NCBI GenBank assembly: GCA_049512935.1
Contig: JBEKWR010000018.1
Span: 1 to 37,606, forward strand
Length of the DNA: 37,606 nucleotides
Reading direction: 5' to 3'
From: Candidatus Bathyarchaeia archaeon
GTDB lineage: Archaea; Thermoproteota; Bathyarchaeia; Bathyarchaeales; Bathycorpusculaceae
Shown here piece after piece: positions 9,228 through 18,705 of this stretch. The position numbers were made by a program, and so were the translations under genes. Each line of letters starts with the position of its first letter. The stretch's first letter is position 1. The notes below the pieces were generated by a model, which saw only the letters and a program-made list of their open reading frames with translations, searched no databases and was not told the origin of the DNA.

Positions 9228-9710
9228 GTGGTCAACGTAACAATCGAGTATATGATTTTGATTCCGCTGTTGATTCTTCAGATATTCCTGCTTCCATTCG
9301 CTGCAAGTATGATGATGAATTATTGGTCGACTTCAAGCGAGACAATTGCGCTTCAGGACGCAGCTAGCCAACTTGGCAGTGCAATCCAGCAGCTGTATCT
9401 ATTCGTAAATAATCCAGCCTTGTCATCCGCCACGGTAACGAACGATCTTGGAATCCCAGCGTACATAAACGGCTACGCTTACACTGGCACTGCAACCTTA
9501 ACTTCCGTTTTTGGCTCCGGCTCAGAGCAAACTTTGAATTTGACTCTCTCGTTGACTAGAACTTCGGTTTCGGCTTCAGCAATCGTTGTTTTGGGACAAA
9601 ACGCCCAGTGGAACTCCAGTCTCAGGACTTTTACGAGTAACTCTGCTAGCACCAGTATTAACGCCCACAAATACAGCAACAGTATGATTCTGCTGTATTT
9701 TGCAACATAG
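9228..9710 (+). CDS. Small pilin-like protein
   Basis: N-terminal VTIEYMILIPLLILQIFLL pilin-type helix with Glu, a GAGGTG SD, and position within the pilus operon. Confidence 0.7.
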   Translation: MVNVTIEYMILIPLLILQIFLLPFAASMMMNYWSTSSETIALQDAASQLGSAIQQLYLFVNNPALSSATVTNDLGIPAYINGYAYTGTATLTSVFGSGSEQTLNLTLSLTRTSVSASAIVVLGQNAQWNSSLRTFTSNSASTSINAHKYSNSMILLYFAT

Positions 9711-9721
9711 GAGGACATGAC

Positions 9722-10933
9722 GTGTCAGGAGTATCTGTAGACCACGTGGTTTCGATTATAGTTTTATTAGCTGCAATCGTCCTCTTCGTGGGTCTATTCG
9801 ATCAAACGCTTTCTGTTGCAGTAGACTATCAGCGTAATACGACAACGGCGAAAGAGTGCGATGACCTTCTGGATGAAATTTTGTTGACTCCGTCGACTCC
9901 ATTAAGCGGCACTCCTACCTTGTTCGGAATGCAAGATTCAACGTTATCCACCTATAATCTTGATCCATTTTCGCTTATGCGTTTGGACTCTTCAGTTGGA
10001 ACCCCGGTAAGTTACCAAAAAACTGGTGAAACGTACAGCGCGGTAAAGACAAGCCCCAACAATTATTTACTGTACCCATACTCTGACATGATTAATTATT
10101 CCACAGCTTCCGCGCTGCTTGGATTGCAACGTACTTATGGATTTCAGCTTTCCTTTTCACCGACAGTTAATATTACTGTAACTCAGATCTCAACAAATCC
10201 TTTAACCTTGTCACTAACAGCTAGAGGAACGGGTTTTCCACTTGCAAATGCCACGGTAAACTACCTTCTGCTGCCGATTACGCTTAGCACGAACTATCCA
10301 GAGTTCGAAACGATTGTCAATCAAATGGGGAAAACTCAAACTAATCAGCTGGGCACAACTTCTGTGACGTTCTCAAACTTTTATCCGAATCCAAATCTTT
10401 CTTACGCCTTCGTCGCTTGTGCATATCTTGATGGAATCTCAGGAATAGGCTACTACGTGGATACTCCAGTGGGGAAAGAAAGCATTGTTCCGTTTCTTGA
10501 TCCACTCTCCACCCTGAATATAACTTTGGCGAACAGTAACGACGTTCCTGTTACTTCAGCAAACGCTGATTCCCTGTCTTACAATTCAACCTTCATTTTC
10601 GAGAGCGGAAATTACGCGTTTGAACAAACTTCCGTTGGAAGCTCAAACTCGTTCGGCTCAGTCAAGTCAGGCTCTGGCAACTTGCCAGTTTCAATTACTA
10701 TGAGCAGCTATGCGCCTGGAATTCTTGTAATAGCTTACAAAAATGCCGGCAATAGCGGTGTAGTTATGGTTCCATGGGGTTTTAGTTCACTGGGTTTTTC
10801 CTTGACCTTCGGGGAAACCTCCATCAATCAAGAATGGATCGCGACAGATCTGCGGCAAGTCGAAATCAACGGCGTTTCTTATCAAGCGACACTTTCACTT
10901 TGGAGCATACAAAGCGTTCAGGAGGTAGGTTAA
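9722..10933 (+). CDS. Pilin-like/pilus-associated protein
   Basis: MSG/VSVDHVVSIIVLL N-terminal helix, a GGAGG SD and a beta-rich body with many NxS/T sequons. Confidence 0.7.
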   Translation: MSGVSVDHVVSIIVLLAAIVLFVGLFDQTLSVAVDYQRNTTTAKECDDLLDEILLTPSTPLSGTPTLFGMQDSTLSTYNLDPFSLMRLDSSVGTPVSYQKTGETYSAVKTSPNNYLLYPYSDMINYSTASALLGLQRTYGFQLSFSPTVNITVTQISTNPLTLSLTARGTGFPLANATVNYLLLPITLSTNYPEFETIVNQMGKTQTNQLGTTSVTFSNFYPNPNLSYAFVACAYLDGISGIGYYVDTPVGKESIVPFLDPLSTLNITLANSNDVPVTSANADSLSYNSTFIFESGNYAFEQTSVGSSNSFGSVKSGSGNLPVSITMSSYAPGILVIAYKNAGNSGVVMVPWGFSSLGFSLTFGETSINQEWIATDLRQVEINGVSYQATLSLWSIQSVQEVG

Positions 10934-10934
10934 C

Positions 10935-12287
10935 ATGATGCGGACAGTTGAGGCTCTGCTAGTCATTATTCTTCTGGGAGGTGCCTATGTCGCGGCTTCA
11001 TCCTTGATTTCGCTTCCATCTCCAAGTCAAGTATCTCCCGTAAACTTGGACAGGCTTGCTTTAACTACACTTCAAGAACTGGACTCCCGTTATGATCTAA
11101 GCGCTGCAGCCTTTCAAACCGATAATCCCGCAGAATGGAGTCATCTTCAAATCGCACTTGCAGCATCATTGCCTGCAAACATAGTTTATAACATAACGGT
11201 CTATGACGCAAACGCCGCCTCAAACGGGGGGTCTCTGTACGTTCCTGTCGATTCGTTCTCAGACGCAACTAACATCGGAGTAGGCTCCGATGATTCCTCT
11301 TACTTAGTAGCCTCATCCAATGTAAGCTACGTTTCAACTCCGCAGCAGATCTCAACAGACGGAGCTCCCATAACTCTTTATATTTTGAACTGTAGCGACA
11401 CTGCTGGTTGGTGGATTACCGGTTACACACCTTGCAGTTTAGCTCAAGAGGTATACAACCTTCTGTCGCCTTACTTCAGAACCACAATCATGGTTCAAAA
11501 TACAAACCAATTAGCCAAGTTATTAGACGGTCATTCAATACAGAAAGAATCAATCAATAATGCGGTAATTATCAATACATGCGGCGAAGCAGTGCCGATA
11601 CCTACGGCTTTCAGCAGTTCTGGACTCAATTCTACTCAAGGCTACGACCCAAACACGGGTTCTTACGCTATGTACGACTACACGTTAGGCAAGGCTACAG
11701 AGCTATACAACTGGACCTGGGTCAGTATCGTAGGGTTCCCCTTTTACTATGTAACGAACACCGGTTTTCTCAACACAGCTCAAAACAGCTGGGGCATTTA
11801 CGGCATGGAAATGGTCGGTTCTAATGGGCTTAGCGCTTTTATGGAAGGATTAGACAACCAACCCTACCTCTACACGGGATCATCAACTGGGGACATAGGC
11901 GTCGTTTACTTATCTAGCCAAACGCTGAGTTTATGCAATTATTATGGGCTATACCCTGCCTCTTACCAAACATCTACACGGGCGTTGCCGACTTCGATTT
12001 TGGGTCAGTATGATTTGGTAGCAGCCACCAATCTTTTTAGCACTGCTAATGATGGTGGATACAATCCTGGAGCGGTTTACCGTCACTGGACCAAGGAGGT
12101 AAACGGCGTAAAGTCGGACTATCAGGGCGGATTTTTTGCGCTTGGAATGGCAAGAATTCCAGATATCAGGCTGGCGGCGCTTGGGATTTTATGTGATTAT
12201 CAACCCGTAAGGTACAGTGCTGCTTACGCAGCTTCAGGAAGCAACCGAGTTGTAGTATTGCAGCTGGGCATTGTCGGAGGCAGCTGA
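10935..12287 (+). CDS. Pilin-like/pilus-associated protein with a large inserted domain
   Basis: MRTVEALLVIILL pilin-type N-terminus and terminal strand RVVVLQLG; GGAGGT SD. Confidence 0.7.
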   Translation: MMRTVEALLVIILLGGAYVAASSLISLPSPSQVSPVNLDRLALTTLQELDSRYDLSAAAFQTDNPAEWSHLQIALAASLPANIVYNITVYDANAASNGGSLYVPVDSFSDATNIGVGSDDSSYLVASSNVSYVSTPQQISTDGAPITLYILNCSDTAGWWITGYTPCSLAQEVYNLLSPYFRTTIMVQNTNQLAKLLDGHSIQKESINNAVIINTCGEAVPIPTAFSSSGLNSTQGYDPNTGSYAMYDYTLGKATELYNWTWVSIVGFPFYYVTNTGFLNTAQNSWGIYGMEMVGSNGLSAFMEGLDNQPYLYTGSSTGDIGVVYLSSQTLSLCNYYGLYPASYQTSTRALPTSILGQYDLVAATNLFSTANDGGYNPGAVYRHWTKEVNGVKSDYQGGFFALGMARIPDIRLAALGILCDYQPVRYSAAYAASGSNRVVVLQLGIVGGS

Positions 12288-12288
12288 A

Positions 12289-15200
12289 ATGAATAATCGA
12301 GGGCAATTCTCGATAATTGCGGCTTTGCTTGTGGCAATAGTTCTGATAGGCACTATGATAGCAGTTTACGCCATGATCCGCTATGATTCAAGCCAAAATC
12401 AATCGCCTCAAGTATTAACTGCCACTGATGAAACAAACTCGGCAATTCTCAAAGCTTTAGGTTTTACTGTCGGTTATTACAGTTCGATTCTTCAAGTGAC
12501 AGGCAATCAAACATTCGCTTACACAAATGCCACAGCATACATGAATGATGCTTTGCAGTATATTGAAAGCATGAATCCCTCTTGGGGCGAATTGATCAGC
12601 ATGACGACGCTGAATCTACATAATAACTGGTTTTCGGATCCTAGTGTTAGCCAGGGTCAGCTTTCCGTAGTTTATGATCTAACCGACCTGGGCATTTACG
12701 GCATAAATTACACGACTTCCTGCAGTTTAGGTGTTCAAATCTTTAATTCGCCGAACAGCAATCAGGTCTGTTTAAATGTAACTCAAGACTTGACCGAACC
12801 TTTGACTGGTTTAGGACAACAGAACTTTGCCTTTTATTTCTATAATTATTCAACTAGCAACTGGCAAATGGTAAATCCAGCCTTAACCCCGATCATTTTC
12901 ACCAACGGTACCTATTTGATTAACACTCCTGCCGGAATAGGCAATTCTGCATTTATGGTTCAAGTCACGGATTCGCGGGGAATAATGGTTGAAGCATCTT
13001 CCTACAGCGGTTATAACCTGGGCTTTACATTTGGCAATCAATCAATCAATCAAAACAGCCCCGTCATAGTGGAATTACTGCAAAACGGCACGATGCAATG
13101 TTTTGGACAAGATTTGGTTAATACTACCCAAGCACGTCCGATTCCCCCCGTTCCCGTGAAGGCTCTGCATTTATGTCAAGCCGGCTCGACTTCGGATATT
13201 CCATTTCAAGTGGAAGATTGGGCGTCTCAGTACCAGATTCCGTTAGGTTTGACGAACAATTTTACGATATTTGGCAATAGTCAAATGATTGTTTTTGAAG
13301 TAAGTCCATCCGTTTCGCACCTGACATTGTGGTGGAATGGAAGCGACACGGCAGTCCAGCCGTCCGCAGCCTACGCAGATACTTATTTCAGTGCCGACAA
13401 CTCTGGAGCTGCAACTCTTTCAAATGGAAACATGACTCTACAATTTAGTTATCCAAACGGTGTTTTTCAGGTGACTGCAACCGTAGGACAAGTAACTAGC
13501 ACCGCAGATTTTATGCGCATCAACGCTGACCATCCCAGCATTGGATCAGGTTCGCCTGCATACATAATACAAAAAGGAGCTGTAAGAGATATCGTTCAGG
13601 AAGAATCCGAATGGGGCGGTGGAGTAACAAACTGTCCAAACGTTTACTCCCAAATGGTGATAACGCTCCCTGCGAACGCAACTTACTACACATACCAGCT
13701 TAGATTAATTTTCATAAACTCATCCATTTTTCGGTACATCAACGATATCAGTCCAATTCAACTGACAACTTCAGTAAGTCAGCCGCAAGCTATGACCGAG
13801 AACGGAACCATAAACGGAATTCCGAATGTTACAAACGGCACTGGACTCTTTTTTAACTACGGATTCTCGAACGGGACATGGACCGCGCATCATTGGAGCC
13901 AGCTTATAAACTCAGGATTGCAGGGGGCAGGAATAATGTTCACAGACTCTGCTAATCAGGAACTCTACACCTTTGATTTATTCGCGGGAACACCCACTGG
14001 CGCCCTAAATGTGAACAATAACGCTCCCTCCATCGAACTTGACCCAGTAACATCTCTGGGCTCAGTCGCCTTTAGCACACCGCTTGACGTGACTTGGTAC
14101 GGGGCTGTAGCGACTTTCTCGGGAACAAACCCAATATACTCGAACAGTGGAAACTCAGCAGGACTATGGCCGCTTGTCGAGCAGCCACCTACAATAACTG
14201 TCCTGCAGGGCAAATCAACTGGTTCTTCAATCACACTCTCTCCAAATATAGGTCGCGTTGGAACTCCAGTAACGGTGTCTGGATGCGGATTCAACCCTGA
14301 CTCACCAATAACAATCACCTACGATGGAAAAATCGTAGCCAAAACTGTTGCGAGCAGTTCAGGCATCATCCCGCCTGGAATCACATTCAACGTACCTGCT
14401 TCGGTAACTGGGTCATCTTACACAGTCAGCGCCACTGACATATTTGCAAATAGTGCCTCAGCGACGTTCACAGTTGGGCCCATAATCACGTTGACCCCAA
14501 ACAGGGGGATTGCCGGTTCAAATGTCGAAGTGACTGGCGCTGCCTTCGCCGCCAACTCTTCAATCGCAATAAGTTTTGATGGAGTTAACCTTAACACAAC
14601 ACCTGCAACAATTACTTCCTCAAGTGCTGGAGGGTTCAGCGCAACTTTCGTAGTTCCATTATCATCCAGCGTAGGCTTACACACGGTAGTTGCAACTGAC
14701 GGTACAAGCTATGTTAGCAAAACCTTTACTGTTATCCCAAGCAATTTCAGTAGTGCAGGCTATTCCTACGAAAGAATCATAACCGTTCAAAATAACGTGG
14801 GTTCAACGCTCAAGTCTGGCTACACTGCGCTTTTAACGATGGATACTTCAAGTCTGATTGCGTCAGGCAAAATGCTTCCTAATGAAAACGACCTTAGAAT
14901 TGTTTATCAAGACGGCTCCTCTCTTGTCGAATTGGATCGCGATGTTATAGGGATTAATACAGATTCGACTCAAATTTACTTCAAAACCCAAGCAGACATC
15001 CCCGCCAACGGTGCTGAAAGCAATTATATAATGTACTATGGTAATCCAACCGCAAGCACTCCGCCAGACAACAGGAGCAACGTTTACTTGTGGTTTGACG
15101 ATTTCAACAGACCAAATGAGGCGGACATTACTAAAGAAGCAGCTTATTCCGTCCAGACAGGAGGAGGTACGTGGTCCATTCAAAACAACACACTTGTGAA

Positions 15201-15723
15201 CGTTGGAGGATCAGGAGATCCAAACAAGCTAATTATCACTGCCCTTGGGAATGTTAACAGCCCCGTGGATATGCTTGCCCAAATTGACGTCACCTCTTTC
15301 GCCGGTGGCGATCAAAGCCGAATCGGGCTGTCTTGTTGCATAGATTCTCCAGATGGAGAAGGATACTGTGCTCTGTTCCATCAAGACACTAACAGCTTAG
15401 ATTTCTTAAACGATTTGCGAAGCTGGGGAACACATACGAGCTTTAGTTGGTCCACAAACACTTGGTATAACATGGAATTTGAAGTGCTTAATCCAGCGAG
15501 CGGACAAGGTCAGGTCAAGATATGGCCAGTTGGAACACCTGAACCAAACGCATGGACTGTTCAGGGCAATTTCGGAGGCGGCCAAGCGAGGAACTTCGGT
15601 GAATTAGGTTTCGGAGGATCGAGAAACTCAGACACCACGTACTTCAAGAATATTACAATTCGATACGTCACGAGTCAACCGCCTACGGTTTCACTTGGCT
15701 CGGAAAAGAATTTGGAAAGCTAA
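12289..15723 (+). CDS. Giant pilin-like adhesin: class III signal, core domain, two IPT/Ig-like repeats, DUF2341-like domain and ConA-like C-terminus
   Basis: MNNRG/QFSIIAALLVAIVLI with a GGAGG SD at 12276. Two ITL(S/T)PN.G..G..V.V(S/T)G..F repeats. DLRIVY...IYFK...IPAN....IMYYGNP.A...VYLWFDDF. A Trp-rich beta-sandwich ending TYFKNITIR. Confidence 0.8.
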   Translation: MNNRGQFSIIAALLVAIVLIGTMIAVYAMIRYDSSQNQSPQVLTATDETNSAILKALGFTVGYYSSILQVTGNQTFAYTNATAYMNDALQYIESMNPSWGELISMTTLNLHNNWFSDPSVSQGQLSVVYDLTDLGIYGINYTTSCSLGVQIFNSPNSNQVCLNVTQDLTEPLTGLGQQNFAFYFYNYSTSNWQMVNPALTPIIFTNGTYLINTPAGIGNSAFMVQVTDSRGIMVEASSYSGYNLGFTFGNQSINQNSPVIVELLQNGTMQCFGQDLVNTTQARPIPPVPVKALHLCQAGSTSDIPFQVEDWASQYQIPLGLTNNFTIFGNSQMIVFEVSPSVSHLTLWWNGSDTAVQPSAAYADTYFSADNSGAATLSNGNMTLQFSYPNGVFQVTATVGQVTSTADFMRINADHPSIGSGSPAYIIQKGAVRDIVQEESEWGGGVTNCPNVYSQMVITLPANATYYTYQLRLIFINSSIFRYINDISPIQLTTSVSQPQAMTENGTINGIPNVTNGTGLFFNYGFSNGTWTAHHWSQLINSGLQGAGIMFTDSANQELYTFDLFAGTPTGALNVNNNAPSIELDPVTSLGSVAFSTPLDVTWYGAVATFSGTNPIYSNSGNSAGLWPLVEQPPTITVLQGKSTGSSITLSPNIGRVGTPVTVSGCGFNPDSPITITYDGKIVAKTVASSSGIIPPGITFNVPASVTGSSYTVSATDIFANSASATFTVGPIITLTPNRGIAGSNVEVTGAAFAANSSIAISFDGVNLNTTPATITSSSAGGFSATFVVPLSSSVGLHTVVATDGTSYVSKTFTVIPSNFSSAGYSYERIITVQNNVGSTLKSGYTALLTMDTSSLIASGKMLPNENDLRIVYQDGSSLVELDRDVIGINTDSTQIYFKTQADIPANGAESNYIMYYGNPTASTPPDNRSNVYLWFDDFNRPNEADITKEAAYSVQTGGGTWSIQNNTLVNVGGSGDPNKLIITALGNVNSPVDMLAQIDVTSFAGGDQSRIGLSCCIDSPDGEGYCALFHQDTNSLDFLNDLRSWGTHTSFSWSTNTWYNMEFEVLNPASGQGQVKIWPVGTPEPNAWTVQGNFGGGQARNFGELGFGGSRNSDTTYFKNITIRYVTSQPPTVSLGSEKNLES

Positions 15724-15760
15724 CTGTAATGCCTACGCATGAATAGCTACTTTAGCATCT

Positions 15761-15990
15761 CATAACCAATTCTACGCCTTTGAAGCTCTTACTCCCGAAT
15801 TCACGGGGAGCACTAGAAGCCGACTCCTCAACTTAAACAACCTCAAAGACCCATTTGACATTAGCCTTGTTTCTTACCAAACCGCCTTGGATGTGGCATG
15901 GTATGGCGCGATGAACCTTTGATGGCTCCACTCCAAATTCTTTTGGTTTACACAATTGACACAGTCTGTTGGCTGATGTGAAGCCTAAGC
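15761..15990 (+). pseudogene. Decayed fragment homologous to the end of the core domain of the giant pilin (13957-14190)
   Basis: QFYAFE..., TGALEADSST, DPFDISLVSYQTALDVAWYGA and TFDGSTP across frameshifts, versus QELYTFD, TGALNVNNNA, DPVTSLGSVAFSTPLDVTWYGAVATFSGTNP. No start codon. Confidence 0.75.
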
Positions 15991-16119
15991 GTTTCGGAGC
16001 CCTGAAAATATGACCACTACGTCCCCTGTATCTGGAATAAGTATTTAATGTTCATATTTCATAAATACTAATCACAGATACTTTTAGCTAAATCGAAAGA
16101 AACACAGGAAGGGGCTAAA

Positions 16120-16938
16120 TTGAACTACCAATTATTTTTCGTCGGGTCACAGGTGGCGATTACCGCAGCCTTCCTTGTTTATTCGTCATGGAGCGACTTC
16201 AAAACCCGAGAAGTAAGCAACCGCGTCTGGGCAATCTACGCGCCAATAGCCCTCGCCCTTAGCTTGTCGGATTTCCTGCTCTTTGACCCTTCAAAGCTTC
16301 TCCTCTTCGGCATCAGCGCAGGCTTCACAGTCGGGTTAGCCTTTCTGCTGTTCTATTCAGGCGCGTTCGGCGGCGCTGACTCAAAAGCATTAATGTGCAT
16401 CGCTTTTTCCTTACCTTTCGCCCCCGTGGCACTGTTCACGCCCATCATAGCAAACAGCTTGTCGCCTGTCTCCCAAGTCATATTTCCCATAACCATCTTC
16501 AGCAACGGCGTCTTATTCGCAGCAGCCAGCGGCTTGTACATGATACTGCACAATTTTGTTTGGCACAAGAAAAATCGGAAAGAAATGTTCACCGGAACAC
16601 TCGCGCATGAATCAGCATGGAAAAAAATTCTCATCCTAATAACCGGTTACAAAGTTACCATTGGAAAGCTAAAAGAGAAATGGCACGTTTTCCCGATGGA
16701 AGACGTTGAGGCAGGCAACGAAAACAGTTTAAATCGGAAACTGGTGGTTGTTCCAAGCGAAGATGGAAGAGACGGAATCGTTGAACGGCTGTCTACCGCT
16801 GTTCAGTCTGGAAAAATCGACACTTACGTGTGGGCGACCCCAGGTTTGCCCATGCTTATCTTCATAACCGCAGGGTTAATCGTTGCGTTGCTGTGCGGAG
16901 ACATAGTTTGGTTGATAGTCAGGTCTATCCTCATCTAG
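16120..16938 (+). CDS. flaK: Prepilin/prearchaellin peptidase, A24 family (FlaK/PibD-like)
   Basis: Catalytic Asp motifs SWSDFKTREV and FGGADSKAL; C-terminal VWATPGLPM; multiple TM helices. Confidence 0.92.
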   Translation: MNYQLFFVGSQVAITAAFLVYSSWSDFKTREVSNRVWAIYAPIALALSLSDFLLFDPSKLLLFGISAGFTVGLAFLLFYSGAFGGADSKALMCIAFSLPFAPVALFTPIIANSLSPVSQVIFPITIFSNGVLFAAASGLYMILHNFVWHKKNRKEMFTGTLAHESAWKKILILITGYKVTIGKLKEKWHVFPMEDVEAGNENSLNRKLVVVPSEDGRDGIVERLSTAVQSGKIDTYVWATPGLPMLIFITAGLIVALLCGDIVWLIVRSILI

Positions 16939-16959
16939 ATGCTCAAGAAATCCCGAAAC

Positions 16960-17187
16960 TTAGGTTTCAACGTAAATGCTCTTGCCGCGTCTTGAATAAG
17001 AAACAAAAGCAACCAGCGTAAGAACAGAACCAAAAGCAACAAGCGCAAGGCTGAATCCTTGGTACGGATAAGCGAGAGTCAGCGCCACGTTGCTAGTTTG
17101 GTAAGAATAGAAGAACGCGCTTGCCACAAATAGTGAGAGAGCAAGCGAAAGAAGACAAACTTCCGTCTTAAACTTCAAATTCCCCAA
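16960..17187 (-). CDS. Small two-TM membrane protein
   Basis: Two hydrophobic helices, a GAGGGG SD and a TTG start. Confidence 0.6.
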   Translation of the reverse strand: MGNLKFKTEVCLLSLALSLFVASAFFYSYQTSNVALTLAYPYQGFSLALVAFGSVLTLVAFVSYSRRGKSIYVET

Positions 17188-17275
17188 CTTCTAATCCCCT
17201 CTACCCCGCGATGAAAACATTTTAATCGTCTGGTTATTTTAGCTTTGTGGAAAAACACCCCGAGGTCGCCTGGTT

Positions 17276-18355
17276 ATGTCCATCTCAGAATGCAAAAAAG
17301 AACTGGAAAACTTTGCCAAGCAAAAAAAGAAAGAGTGCAAAGTCGCAGTTTTACCCGATTTTTTCCTTGATCGACTCATAAACCTGAACTGGAACCCAGC
17401 TGAGTTTTCAAGTTTGGTCGCTGGCGTGGCAGATCGCAAAGGGGGCAGCCTTGATGGCATCCCTCAGACTGACATGCAGGGTGGAAACGCCATAAATGTC
17501 GCGTCAGCCCTCGCAAATCTAGACGCTGAGGTTACGCCGATTGTTTGCACGAGCCAGTATGGGCTGCAACAAATCAAGTATTATTTTCGGGAGACAGCGA
17601 TAGACACTTCCCACGTTAAAGTTCAAGGCAAGGCTTCAATAACGACCGCTCTTGAATTCAAAAACAAAAATGAGAAAGCAAACGTAATGATCCGCGACCT
17701 AGGAGCCTTAGCCGACTTTGGTCCCGAAGACTTGAACGAGAGCGACTACGCCGCCATAGAGGGCGCGGATTACGCGTGTCTTTTCAACTGGGCTGGCACA
17801 CTGAAAAAGGGCACAAGGCTTGCCCAAGCAGTTTTCGGGAGAGCAAAGAAAAACGGGACGTGCAAAACTTATTATGACACCGCCGACCCCACGCCTAACA
17901 GATGCGCCATCACCGATTTGATGGAAAAAGTCCTTCAATCCAGCTTAGTGGACGTTTTGAGCTTGAACGAAAATGAAGCCGTCGTTTACGCAAGCCTGCT
18001 TGACAAAACCATGCAGGAGAAAAAAGAGCACACGCCGCTCGCGGAGTTGGCGATGGAGGCGGCGAGGGTTCTGGCGAAAAACTTGCGGTCAAGAATCGAC
18101 TTGCACACCACAGCTTTCTCAGCCACGTTAAATGGCAAAACGGAGGTTGTCGTACCCACCTTCAAGGTCAAAGTTCTGCGGGCAACAGGCGCGGGCGACG
18201 CTTGGACGGCGGGAAACATCATCGGCGACCACAACGGTCTTTCAGACCAGTGCCGACTGACCTTGGCAAACGCGGTTGCAACCTGCTACCTCTCAAACCC
18301 AGAAGGCAAACACCCAACATGGACAACACTCTCCAGATTTCTCAGCAGAGCATAG
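17276..18355 (+). CDS. PfkB/ribokinase-family carbohydrate kinase
   Basis: GGNAINVASALANL, LSLNENEA and the anion-hole motif ATGAGDAW. Confidence 0.9.
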   Translation: MSISECKKELENFAKQKKKECKVAVLPDFFLDRLINLNWNPAEFSSLVAGVADRKGGSLDGIPQTDMQGGNAINVASALANLDAEVTPIVCTSQYGLQQIKYYFRETAIDTSHVKVQGKASITTALEFKNKNEKANVMIRDLGALADFGPEDLNESDYAAIEGADYACLFNWAGTLKKGTRLAQAVFGRAKKNGTCKTYYDTADPTPNRCAITDLMEKVLQSSLVDVLSLNENEAVVYASLLDKTMQEKKEHTPLAELAMEAARVLAKNLRSRIDLHTTAFSATLNGKTEVVVPTFKVKVLRATGAGDAWTAGNIIGDHNGLSDQCRLTLANAVATCYLSNPEGKHPTWTTLSRFLSRA

Positions 18356-18705
18356 CATACCAGTTTTTTTGAGCTGCCGGGTAAAGCGCAACCTATTTTT
18401 TTACGTTGAAGCAGGCAGGGTTTATGCGTTGAACAATTGCATCGGTTTAGCGGTGAGTGCAAAATCTTATTAGGGAACCAAACAATCAGTAATTGTTTGA
18501 GAAAACCTTGAGAGGAAACAACATCGAAACAAAGGTTTTTGGAAAAAAAATCTCGGTTAAACCATCAATCTGGGATGTTTATCCCTAAACTGTATGACGC
18601 CTTTTTAACGGGCTCTATTCCAAATCCTCTCTCCACATTGACGCCACACCAGACCCAAGCAAGGGATGGCAGGTTGGCTTCCACTAACAGTCGGACGTGA
18701 ACAGA

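Noticed and set aside
18480-18700. Possible gene remnant upstream of the four-TM protein (...LHIDATPDPSKGWQVGFH*)
   Set aside because: Interrupted by stops and I cannot assign any homologue; insufficient support.
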